64,000 nt of DNA from an uncultured Acidobacteriota bacterium. GTDB taxonomy: Bacteria; Acidobacteriota; Thermoanaerobaculia; Multivoradales; SZUA-115. Under the pieces are notes generated by a model. The model saw only the letters and a list, made by a program, of their open reading frames with translations, was not told the origin of the DNA and searched no databases. The DNA lies in contig CAWDVR010000005.1 of assembly GCA_963805975.1 (NCBI GenBank), positions 416,001 to 480,000 of the forward strand, in the 5' to 3' direction. This document shows positions 9,730 to 18,344 of the stretch, piece by piece (the first letter of the stretch is position 1; each line of letters opens with the position of its first letter). The position numbers and the translations under genes are program-made.

Positions 9730-10032
9730 ATGACGACCCTACTCGGAAGGCAGCGCCGCTATCTCCGCGCCGAGGCCCATGCCCTGCGGCCGGTGGTGCG
9801 GGTGGGCAGGCACGGCGTGTCCGACGCCGTGCTCCACGAGATCGAAAAGGCGCTCGCCGATCACGAGCTGATCAAGGTGCAGTACGTGGCCGAGAAAGAG
9901 GAGAAGCGCCGGCTCGAGTCCGAGGTGGAGCAGCGGCTCGACGCGGCGAGCGCCGGCGGCATCGGTCACATCCTCATCTTCTACCGCCAGCACCAGGACC
10001 CGAAGAAGCGGCGCTACACGCTCCCCCGCTGA
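9730..10032 (+). CDS. yhbY: YhbY/CRM-domain RNA-binding protein
   Basis: RRYLRAEAHALRPVVRVGRHGVSDAVLHEIEKALADHELIKV...IGHILIFYR; alternative ATG at 9718. Confidence 0.92.
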   Translation: MTTLLGRQRRYLRAEAHALRPVVRVGRHGVSDAVLHEIEKALADHELIKVQYVAEKEEKRRLESEVEQRLDAASAGGIGHILIFYRQHQDPKKRRYTLPR

Positions 10033-10060
10033 GCGTGCCGGGTCTTCTCGACCTCCGTTC

Positions 10061-11740
10061 CTACTGCACCGTCACCGTCCAGGCGCGGGTGTCGCCGGAC
10101 TCGAAGCCATCCGCGAACAGCACGCCCACGGTGAAGGTGCCCTGGGCCTCGGGGCCGCCGGCGAAGGCGTTGTCCACGGCCCACACCCGCCAGGTGTACT
10201 CGCCCGGCTCGAGCCCGTCGAGCCCCCAGCTCGTCGCCGTGCTGACGTTGCCCGGCTGCGGCAGCCGCTCGGGGCTGGTGGCGGGCGCCCCGGTGCGGCG
10301 CAGATCGAGGTCGTAGGTCAGCGCCACGGCCGGCGTGTGGTCGTCCGCCGCCGGGTCCCAGGACAGGGTCACGCCCTGGCCCGTGGGGGTCGAGGCGAGG
10401 CCCGTGGGCGCCGCCGGCGCCGCGTTGGTGGCCGGAGCGCCGTTCCTGTAGAGGTGCATCCGCGACTCCACCAGACCGTTGGCGTCCGGCATGAAGTAGG
10501 CGCCGGCCACCAGGTAGTCGAGGTCGCCGTCGCCGTCGAGGTCGAGCCAGGTGAAGGTCCCGCCGCGACCGATCGAGTCGACCGGGGCCGGCAGCTCGAC
10601 CCCGAGCGCCGTGAAGGTGCCGCCGTGGTTGGCGTAGATCTCGGAGTGGCCTTCGATCTCGTTCTCGCCGATGAAGTTGCCGGTCACCAAGAGGTCCACG
10701 TCGCCGTCCGAGTCGTAGTCCGCCCAGGTGGCGGCGTGGATGTCCAGCCAGTCGGCGTTGGGCGTGTTGACCAGGGTCTCCTCGGCATAGGTGCCGCCGT
10801 TGTTGCGGTAGAGCCGCAGCACGGTGTCGTAGGTGTCGTCCGCCTCCTGGATGTTGCCCGCCACCAGCACGTCGAGGTCGCCGTCCCCGTCGGCATCGCC
10901 CCAGTCCGCCAGGCCGTACTGGACGCGGATGCCCAGGAGGTCGGCACCGGCGAAGGTGCCGCCGGCATTGTCGTAGCGCCGCACGAAGCCGGTCTCGGTG
11001 TTCGGGTCCACGTTCACCAGCAGGAGGTCGAGGTCGCCGTCCCCGTCGTCGTCGGCCCAGGCGCTCTGGGCGTGGACCGTGGGGGCGAGAGCCGCGGCGG
11101 TGTCCGCGAACAGCCAGCCGCCCGCGCCGTCCGGGCCGTCGTTGCGCAGCAGCTTGGTCGAGAAGCTGAACTCGTCCTGGTCGTAGATAGAGGGCACCAG
11201 GAGGTCGAGGTCGCCGTCGTTGTCCGCGTCGGCCCAGGCGAGCGAGCGCAGGTCGTAGGCGCCGGTGTAGCTCGAGTCCTCGTAGTAGCCCGGCAGAACG
11301 GTGGGAAGGGCGGTGAGCGTGCCGCCGTCGTTGCGATAGAGCACCGTCGCGCCCTCCGAGCCAACGGCCAGGTCGTGGTCGCCGTCGCCGTCGAAGTCGC
11401 CCCAGGCGAGGTCGGAGGCACCGGCCGCGACATCGCCCAGCGGTACGAGCTGGGGCGTGAAGAGCCAGTCGCCGTTGCCGTCCGCCCCGTCGTTCAAGAG
11501 CAGAACCAGCCGGTGCTCCACGCTCTCGTTGTAGACCACGTAGAAGCCGAGCGCGGCGAGGTCGAGATCGCCGTCGCCGTCCACGTCGGCCGGGGCCACG
11601 GCGTTGATCCAGAAGTCCTCGTTCTCCGGGGTGACGAAGTAAGGGTTCGCCGCGGGCGTGACCTCCTGGAACGAGGGCTGGGCGCCTGCAGCCGCGGCGA
11701 GAAAGAACAGGGAAACGAGCCAAGGCAGGGAGCGGGTCAT
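10061..11740 (-). CDS. Secreted FG-GAP/VCBS-repeat beta-propeller protein with C-terminal fibronectin type III domain
   Basis: Signal peptide; seven D.D.DGD.D Ca-binding repeats; FN3 (PAAPTGL..VTLSW..GLEPGEYTWRVWAVD); terminal LFADGFESGDTRAW. Confidence 0.88.
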   Translation of the reverse strand: MTRSLPWLVSLFFLAAAAGAQPSFQEVTPAANPYFVTPENEDFWINAVAPADVDGDGDLDLAALGFYVVYNESVEHRLVLLLNDGADGNGDWLFTPQLVPLGDVAAGASDLAWGDFDGDGDHDLAVGSEGATVLYRNDGGTLTALPTVLPGYYEDSSYTGAYDLRSLAWADADNDGDLDLLVPSIYDQDEFSFSTKLLRNDGPDGAGGWLFADTAAALAPTVHAQSAWADDDGDGDLDLLLVNVDPNTETGFVRRYDNAGGTFAGADLLGIRVQYGLADWGDADGDGDLDVLVAGNIQEADDTYDTVLRLYRNNGGTYAEETLVNTPNADWLDIHAATWADYDSDGDVDLLVTGNFIGENEIEGHSEIYANHGGTFTALGVELPAPVDSIGRGGTFTWLDLDGDGDLDYLVAGAYFMPDANGLVESRMHLYRNGAPATNAAPAAPTGLASTPTGQGVTLSWDPAADDHTPAVALTYDLDLRRTGAPATSPERLPQPGNVSTATSWGLDGLEPGEYTWRVWAVDNAFAGGPEAQGTFTVGVLFADGFESGDTRAWTVTVQ

Positions 11741-11883
11741 CGACAGTTCTCCTCTTCGATCTACGAGGAGAAGGTACTGTCAGGAGGATGAACGGCGAAT
11801 GACCACGGGCGGCGGGCGTTCGGGCAGGAGGCTTGCAAGAGCTTTCGTCTCAGCCGAACGACACCGAACCGAAGGAGGGCCGT

Positions 11884-12612
11884 ATGCGGCTTCGCGCTCC
11901 CGCCTTCGCCTTGCTCTGCGCAGCTTGCCTCGTCTCCGGCTGCGACGGCCGCACGCCGACCGAGGCCGGCCCGTCAGCCGGCAACTCGATCCTCTTCCTC
12001 GACCCTGGCGGCCAGCTCACCGCCCTCGAGCCGGCGTTCCGTGACGCGCTCGGCTCGACGATCGAGGCCGCCTCGCGAGCCCTGCCCATCACCGGCGTCA
12101 CCATCCACGTGTCGCCGGACGCGGCTCGCTCGATCCCGGGCTACGGCCTGGGCGGCTACACCCCGAACGGTTTCACCATCGACATCGTGGCCGACCCGGC
12201 GTTCCCGGCGCTCGCCCTGGTGCTGCCCGAGCGCCTGCCGCCGCTCGCCGCGCACGAGCTGCACCACGCCATCCGCTGGCGAGGGCCCGGCTACGGCGTG
12301 ACTCTCCTCGAGGCCATGGCCTCGGAGGGCTTGGCGGACCACTTCGCGATCGAGCTCCTGGGCGCCCCGATCCCGCCCTGGTCGCAGGCGCTCTCCGAGA
12401 ACAGCATCGAGCGCTATCTCGACCTCGCCCGGCCGGAGCTCGACTCGGCGAGCTTCGACTTCGGGCGGTGGTTCTTCGGCACCGGCGACCTGCCCAACTG
12501 GACGGGCTACAGCCTGGGCTTCCGACTGGTCGAGGACTACCTGGCGAGCCACCCGGGAAGCACGGCGGCCGGGCTGGTGAATACCTCTGCCCAGGCATTC
12601 CGGCCGGACTGA
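11884..12612 (+). CDS. DUF2268-type putative Zn-dependent protease, lipoprotein
   Basis: GGAGG RBS; lipobox LVSGC; AHELHHAIR, SEGLADHF, WTGYSLGFRLV. Confidence 0.8.
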   Translation: MRLRAPAFALLCAACLVSGCDGRTPTEAGPSAGNSILFLDPGGQLTALEPAFRDALGSTIEAASRALPITGVTIHVSPDAARSIPGYGLGGYTPNGFTIDIVADPAFPALALVLPERLPPLAAHELHHAIRWRGPGYGVTLLEAMASEGLADHFAIELLGAPIPPWSQALSENSIERYLDLARPELDSASFDFGRWFFGTGDLPNWTGYSLGFRLVEDYLASHPGSTAAGLVNTSAQAFRPD

Positions 12613-12660
12613 GCTGCTGGATGGGTCCGCCCGGTCTGCCGCCGGATAGAGTCGGTGGCC

Positions 12661-13734
12661 GTGCCGGTGAAGCGTCTCGCCCTGGGCCTCGCGGCCGCCG
12701 CCTGTCTCGCACTCGCCGCGTCCTGCGGCAGCGTGGGCTACTACGCGCAGGCGGTGCGCGGGGGTCTCGAGATCGTCTGCAAGCGGCGCCCGATCACCCG
12801 GCTGCTGGCCGACCCGCGGCTCGATCCCGGCCTGCGGGAGAAGCTCGGCAGCGTCCAGGCGATGCGCCGGTTCGCGAGCGAGGCGCTCTCGCTGCCGGAC
12901 AACGGCAGCTATCGCTCCTACGCCGACCTCGGCCGGCCCTACACCTCGTGGACGGTGGTGGTGGCGCCGGAGCTCTCGCTCCAGCCCCGCGAGTGGTGCT
13001 TCCCCGTCGCCGGCTGCGTGACCTACCGCGGATACTTCTCGCGCCAGGGAGCCGAGCGCTTCGCCGCCGAGTGGAGGGAGCGGGGCTTCGACGTGGACGT
13101 GGGAGGCGTCGCCGCCTTCTCCACCCTGGGCTGGCTGGACGACCCGGTGCTCAACACCTTCGTCACCCTGCCCGAGGCCGACCTCGCCGGCCTGCTCTTT
13201 CACGAGCTGGCGCACCAGGTGGTCTACGTGCGGGACGACACGGCCTTCAACGAGTCCTTCGCCACGGCGGTGGAACGTGCCGGGGTCGAGCGCTGGCTCG
13301 CGTCCCGCGGCCGTGAGGCGGAGATCGAGGCCTACCGGGCCAGCCGCCGCCGGGAGGAGGAGCTGGGCCGCCTCGTCGCGGGCACGCGGGAGCGGCTGGC
13401 CACGGTGTACTCCGCTGCCGAGGCCGACGACTGGAAGCGCCGGCGGAAGGCGGAGCTCCTCGCCGAGCTCCGGGCGGAGCACCGCCGCCTGGCCGCGGGC
13501 TGGGGCGGTCCGGCGGCGGCGGGTTGGTTCGAAGCCGGGCTCAACAACGCGCGCCTCGCCTCGTTCAGCGCCTACCACGAGCTGGTGCCCGGCTTCGAGG
13601 CGCTGCTCGCCGCCGAGGCCGGCGACCTAGCCCGCTTCTTCGCCCGGATCCGCCGGCTGACCGGGCTGTCGCCCGAGCGCCGGAGACAGGAGCTGGCCGT
13701 CCTCGACCCACGGCCCCGTCCGGGACCCGGGTGA
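12661..13734 (+). CDS. Putative Zn aminopeptidase (DUF2265-like), lipoprotein
   Basis: Lipobox LAASC, YYAQAVRG, WCFPVAGCVTYRGYF, AFSTLGWLDDP, FHELAHQ, FNESFA. Start chosen 8 nt after TAGAGT; alternatives 12655 and 12667. Confidence 0.85.
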   Translation: MPVKRLALGLAAAACLALAASCGSVGYYAQAVRGGLEIVCKRRPITRLLADPRLDPGLREKLGSVQAMRRFASEALSLPDNGSYRSYADLGRPYTSWTVVVAPELSLQPREWCFPVAGCVTYRGYFSRQGAERFAAEWRERGFDVDVGGVAAFSTLGWLDDPVLNTFVTLPEADLAGLLFHELAHQVVYVRDDTAFNESFATAVERAGVERWLASRGREAEIEAYRASRRREEELGRLVAGTRERLATVYSAAEADDWKRRRKAELLAELRAEHRRLAAGWGGPAAAGWFEAGLNNARLASFSAYHELVPGFEALLAAEAGDLARFFARIRRLTGLSPERRRQELAVLDPRPRPGPG

Positions 13735-13807
13735 CTTGGCCGGAGCGCAGGGTTACCCGGAGGGGGCGTCGAGCACCGGACCAGGTCACCCGGATCCCGG
13801 ACGGGGC
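13713..13807. repeat. Long inverted repeat (REP/MITE-like hairpin)
   Basis: About 30-bp arms GCCCCGTCCGGGACCCGGGTGACTTGGCCGG and CCGGACCAGGTCACCCGGATCCCGGACGGGGC with 2 mismatches and 1 bulge, about 30-nt spacer. Confidence 0.75.
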
Positions 13808-13936
13808 TCGGGACCTCCCCTTTACTCCACCTCCGCCCTCGGGCTAGATTCGGCCCGCCAATAGAGGCTCTGTCGCCTCCAGCCCCCCGCCTGCCAGGCG
13901 GCCCCAATCCGAACGTTTTCACCCGCAAAGAAAACC

Positions 13937-14659
13937 ATGGGACGTATCTTCGAGACCCGCAAGCACGTGATGTTCGCCCGTTGGGACCGCATGGCGAAGC
14001 AGTTCGCCAGGATCGGCAAGGACATCACCATCGCCGTCAAGGCGGGCGGCCCCGATCCCGTCGGGAACCCGCTCCTGCGGCGCGTGATCCAGAACGCCCG
14101 TGCCGTGAACATGCCGAAGGACAAGGTGGAGTCGGCGATCAAGCGCGCCGCGGGCAAGGAGGCGGAGAACTATCAGGAAGTTCTGTACGAGGGCTTCGCG
14201 CCCCACGGCGTCGCCATTCTGGCGGAGGCCGCGACCGACAACCCGACGCGCACCGTCTCCAACCTGCGGATGCACTTCAACAAGGGCAACGGCACCCTCG
14301 GCAACAACGGCAGCGTGAGCTTCCTGTTCAAGCGCACCGGGGCCTTCCGGCTCAACCCGGCCGGCCTCGACGCCGAGGCGCTCGAGCTCGAGCTGATCGA
14401 CCACGGGCTCGAAGAGCTGGGCGACAGCACCGGTGAGAAGGGCGAGCCGCAGCTCGTGCTGCGTTGCGCCTTCGCCGACTTCGGGCACCTGCAGAAGGCG
14501 CTCGAGGACCGCGGCATCACCCCGGTCTCCGCCCAGTCCGAGTACCTGCCGCTGACGCCGGTCGAGCTGCCCGAGGACAAGGCGACCGAGGTTCTGAAGC
14601 TGGTCGACCGGCTCGAGCAGGACGACGACGTGCAGCAGGTCTTCCACGCTCTCGCGTGA
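13937..14659 (+). CDS. yebC: YebC/PmpR family protein
   Basis: [55 protein letters not shown]. Confidence 0.95.
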   Translation: MGRIFETRKHVMFARWDRMAKQFARIGKDITIAVKAGGPDPVGNPLLRRVIQNARAVNMPKDKVESAIKRAAGKEAENYQEVLYEGFAPHGVAILAEAATDNPTRTVSNLRMHFNKGNGTLGNNGSVSFLFKRTGAFRLNPAGLDAEALELELIDHGLEELGDSTGEKGEPQLVLRCAFADFGHLQKALEDRGITPVSAQSEYLPLTPVELPEDKATEVLKLVDRLEQDDDVQQVFHALA

Positions 14660-14667
14660 CGGCGCTC

Positions 14668-15399
14668 TCAGGGGCAGGCGGTCTCGTACTCGTAGAGGTG
14701 ATCCGCGAAGTGCTTGAACTTGCGCTCGTCCCTGGGCACGCGCTCGAGTAAGGCCGGGCAGTCCGCGAACAGGGTCTCGAAGCTCTCCCGGTAGTTCCCT
14801 TTGCCGATGCGCGACGGCTCGCCGCCGTCCTTGACCACCAAGAACGCCTTCGGCTCGTCGCCGAAGAACGCCTTCTCGTTGATCCGGGTGGTGCCTTCCT
14901 TCGCGTTGGGCAGGCCGTAGACCTGGACCCGGCGGTCGAACCCCGGATTGACCCGCATCAGCAGCACCCGCTTGCCGCCGCCCGGCCAGGGAACCGAGTC
15001 GAACACCAGCTCGCGGACCTCCGAGAGCCGCTCCCAGTCCGTCTTGACGGCTTTCTCGAGCGTGGTCGTGGCCGCCGCGACCATGGCCGGGTGGGCGAAC
15101 ACGGGGGTCGGCACCACGACCTGCTTCAGCTCGGCGATCTTCAGGCGGTGCTTGGCACCACTCGGCTCCACCAGGGTGATGCGGGTGAGGCCGCGCGAGT
15201 TGCTCGCGGTGCCGCGCACCTCGCCGGCGAAGACCTGGCCCTCGGCGGTGGTCACGCGGATGTCCCGGTCCGGCAGGCCGTCGAGGACGGGCAGGAATCC
15301 CACCGCCGAGGCCGGCCCGGCCATCACCACCAGAGCCCCGATCGCGAAGGCAGCCTTTTTCCAGGTCGAGATGGGTTGGGTTCTGTGCTGCGCTTTCAT
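14668..15399 (-). CDS. Hypothetical exported protein
   Basis: GAGGAGAGG RBS; N-terminal hydrophobic signal segment; no family recognised. Confidence 0.7.
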   Translation of the reverse strand: MKAQHRTQPISTWKKAAFAIGALVVMAGPASAVGFLPVLDGLPDRDIRVTTAEGQVFAGEVRGTASNSRGLTRITLVEPSGAKHRLKIAELKQVVVPTPVFAHPAMVAAATTTLEKAVKTDWERLSEVRELVFDSVPWPGGGKRVLLMRVNPGFDRRVQVYGLPNAKEGTTRINEKAFFGDEPKAFLVVKDGGEPSRIGKGNYRESFETLFADCPALLERVPRDERKFKHFADHLYEYETACP

Positions 15400-15437
15400 T
15401 TCCCTCTCCTCGTAGAAGAACGTTCGGCCGGCTGCGT

Positions 15438-15453
15438 TGCAGCGGCTGTGCCA
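15438..15453 (-). promoter_or_regulatory. Sigma54 (-24/-12) promoter
   Basis: Minus strand TGGCAC-AGCCG-CTGCA (GG-N10-GC), about 38 nt upstream of the ATG at 15399. Confidence 0.65.
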
Positions 15454-15567
15454 TGGAGGAAAGGTGAAGCGACTGAAGGCTGGGCCGGGCGAATTCGTCT
15501 CCAGAACGGGACAGGGGCGCCGCCCGCCGTGGCGGAGCGAGGACGACCGGCGCCGTTCTCCTGACGG

Positions 15568-15852
15568 CTAGCAGAGGATCTCGGCGTCTCCCTCGCAGGT
15601 GCCGAAGAAGCCCGGGTAGTTGGTCTGCGCAGACTGGCAGCACTGAGACGCGGTCTGGCCCGGACAGGGAACGAAGATCTCGGCGCCTCCCGCCTCACCG
15701 GTGCAGGAGGCTCCGCTCTGCAGCCAGTGGAGGTCCGGAGCGATCGTGGGCGACGCTGCGCCCTGGGTCGCAACGGAGACGGGCTCGGCCGCGCCGGCTC
15801 CAAGCGCGGCGAGGGACAGGACGAGCATGGCGAGCAAGCGGCGGAGCTTCAT
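15568..15852 (-). CDS. Small secreted Cys-rich protein
   Basis: GAGGAG RBS; signal peptide; C-x12-C-x7-CC-x13-C-x7-C ending on Cys. Confidence 0.75.
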   Translation of the reverse strand: MKLRRLLAMLVLSLAALGAGAAEPVSVATQGAASPTIAPDLHWLQSGASCTGEAGGAEIFVPCPGQTASQCCQSAQTNYPGFFGTCEGDAEILC

Positions 15853-15964
15853 GGTCGACTCCTCTCGAGCCCCGGCCTCGAGAGTCCAGGGATTGGACCG
15901 CGGCGGGCAGGCTCTTTTCTAAGCCCTGTACCGCACCCCCGGTCGAAGAGAGACAGTCGGCCCC

Positions 15965-18247
15965 TCACCGGGTCGAGGAGTGGGTCTCCGCCAGCGCCCC
16001 GTCCTCCCGCCCCGGCGTCACCTCGCCGATGACTGCCGCTTGGCGGTAGCTGGCAGCCCGCAGGCGGGCCACGGCCCCGGCTGCGGCCTCGGCCGGCACT
16101 GCGAGCAGCAGGCCGCCCGCGGTCTGGGGGTCGAAGAGCAGCTCGAGACGCGGGTCGTCGCGGAGCGCCACCGGGATGGCCAGGGCGCGGCGCAGGCGGG
16201 CGTTGTCCTCGTGGAAGGTGCTGCGCTCGCCGCGGGCGAGGAGCTCGAGCGCACCGGGCAACGCCGGCAGAGCGCCGAGGTCGAGGCGGGCCGCGAGGCC
16301 GCTGCCGGCGAGCATGGCCGCGAGATGTCCGGCGAGGCCGAAGCCGGTGACGTCGGTCGCGGCGGCCGCGCCGACCTCGCGGGCCACCTCCGCCGCGGCA
16401 CCGTTGCCGGCGAGCATCGAGGCGAGGGCGGCCGCGAGCCAGGGGCCGCGGGCGCGTCCCGCCATGTCGGCATGGAAGAGGACGCCGGTGCCGAGAGCCC
16501 GGCTCAGGATCAGGGCCTGGCCCGCCGCGAGCCGGCCGCGCCTGCGGAGGAGATCCCGGGCGGAGGCCGCCACGCCCTGCACGCTGAACCCCACCTGCAG
16601 CTCGGTCGCGCGGCTGGTGTGGCCGCCGACCAGGCGCACGCCGAGCCGGTCGAACACGGCGCGCGCGCCGGCGAGCACCTGGTAGAGCGTTTCCTCGGCT
16701 TCGCGCTCACCGGCGGCGAGCGGCAGCGCGACCAGCGCCAGGGCCCAGCGCGGCTCGACGCCCTTGGCCTCGAGATCGGAGACGGCGTTGGCCGCCGCCA
16801 CGCGGCCCACCAGGAAGGGGTCGTCCGTGAAGGCCCGGAAGGAGTCGACGCTCGCCACCAGCAGCTCGCCGCCGGGGGTGTGGAACGCGGCCGCGTCGTC
16901 CGCCTCGGCCAGACCGAGCACCACCTCGGGTGCGGGCGGCGGCGCCGGCAGGCGGCCGAGCGCACGCTCCAGGCTGTCCTGGGAGAGCTTGGCAGCGCAA
17001 CCCCCGCACACCGGCTCCATGGCGCCGTCCATCGGCGGCAGGGTCGCGAGAGCCGGCCCCGGCGCGCCGCTCGTCTCGAGCATCTGGAAGCGGTCCATGA
17101 AGCGGCGGTCGATGCGGTCTTTCCACCGCATCACCCAGCGGCCTTCGAAGCTGAAGCCCCACTTGGCGCCGATCGCGGTGCCGTCGCCCAGGTTGAGGAG
17201 GGTGAGGAAATCGGTCTGCGGGCGGTAGGCCGCCAGGCTCTCGACGGCTCGCCTCCCCACTCCGTTCGTCACGGCCGCGCGCAGGTTCCGCACCAGGTAC
17301 GGCCCTTGCCGCACGGCATAGACCCCGGCCTTGGGAGTGGCCGGGAAGTCGGCGAGCGTGGCGCAGTCCCCGGTGGCAAAAAGGTCGTCGTGGCCGATCA
17401 CCTGCAGCGTCGGCCGGGTGAGCACGAACCCGCGCGTGTCCGTGGGCAGGCCCGAGCGCTCGAAGAGCGGCTGGGCGACGGCGCCGGTCACCCAGAGCAG
17501 TGCCTCGCAGGGCAGCCGTGAGCCGTCGTCGAGCAGGGCGGCCCCTTCCTCCGCGGCCACTACCGTGCGGCCGGTCACGAGCAGGATGCCCCGCCGTCGA
17601 AGCGCCTTCTCGACGCGGCGCGAGAGGGTCTCGGGATAGCTGGGCAGGAGCCGCGCTTCGCCGTGCACCAGGGAGATCTCCGCGCCGCCCAGGCGCCCGC
17701 GGAGAGTGGCGGCGAGCTCCACGCCGCCGGCCCCGGCGCCCACTACCACCACGCGAAACGGCGTGCCCGCCGCGGCCGCGGCACGAGCCGCCGCCTCGAC
17801 CTCGGCCACGCGGCCGACGAAGCGGCCGATCGGCCGCGTGGGCACCGCGCGCTCGGCCACGCCGGGCAGATCGAGCCCCGCGACGGTCGAGCCCACGTCC
17901 AGGGACGCGAGGTCGTAGGGAATCGAAGGCCGGTCCTCGAGGTGAACCAGCCGCGCGGTCGGATCGAGCCCCGCGCACGCCGCCAGGATCACCCGCGCCC
18001 CGGCGCGGCGGGCCAGCGGCAGGGCGTCGATCTCGAGCTCCTCGGCCCGATACTGCCCGGCGACGAAGCCGGGCACCATCCCCGAGTAGACGGCGAGCGG
18101 CGTGTCCACCACCAGGGTCACCCGTGTTCCCGGAGGCGGCTCCATGGCGAACGAGCGCAGCACCTGCACGTGCGAGTGCCCGGCGCCGACGAGCACCAGC
18201 TCGAGCGGCTCGGGACGCGGCGCGGCAGCAGCTCTGACGGCGGGCAC
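15965..18247 (-). CDS. selD: Selenide, water dikinase SelD fused to an N-terminal pyridine nucleotide-disulfide oxidoreductase
   Basis: LVLVGAGHSH, YSGMVPG, VGAGAGGVE, PKAGVYAVRQG, then CGGCAAK, DDAA, ANAVSD, GGHT, TDVTGFGL, DPQTAGGLL. GTG start 8 nt after TACAAT. Confidence 0.92.
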   Translation of the reverse strand: MPAVRAAAAPRPEPLELVLVGAGHSHVQVLRSFAMEPPPGTRVTLVVDTPLAVYSGMVPGFVAGQYRAEELEIDALPLARRAGARVILAACAGLDPTARLVHLEDRPSIPYDLASLDVGSTVAGLDLPGVAERAVPTRPIGRFVGRVAEVEAAARAAAAAGTPFRVVVVGAGAGGVELAATLRGRLGGAEISLVHGEARLLPSYPETLSRRVEKALRRRGILLVTGRTVVAAEEGAALLDDGSRLPCEALLWVTGAVAQPLFERSGLPTDTRGFVLTRPTLQVIGHDDLFATGDCATLADFPATPKAGVYAVRQGPYLVRNLRAAVTNGVGRRAVESLAAYRPQTDFLTLLNLGDGTAIGAKWGFSFEGRWVMRWKDRIDRRFMDRFQMLETSGAPGPALATLPPMDGAMEPVCGGCAAKLSQDSLERALGRLPAPPPAPEVVLGLAEADDAAAFHTPGGELLVASVDSFRAFTDDPFLVGRVAAANAVSDLEAKGVEPRWALALVALPLAAGEREAEETLYQVLAGARAVFDRLGVRLVGGHTSRATELQVGFSVQGVAASARDLLRRRGRLAAGQALILSRALGTGVLFHADMAGRARGPWLAAALASMLAGNGAAAEVAREVGAAAATDVTGFGLAGHLAAMLAGSGLAARLDLGALPALPGALELLARGERSTFHEDNARLRRALAIPVALRDDPRLELLFDPQTAGGLLLAVPAEAAAGAVARLRAASYRQAAVIGEVTPGREDGALAETHSSTR

Positions 18248-18344
18248 CGCGGGAGATTGTAGTGCCCGTGCACGCGCTGCGGCTCCGGCAGCGGGTCCTT
18301 CCGACCCGCGTAGTATCCTTCCCGCTCGTCTCGCCGGGCCGGCC

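Noticed and set aside
16990-17015. Selenocysteine codon in selD
   Set aside because: The active-site motif is encoded as Cys with no in-frame TGA.
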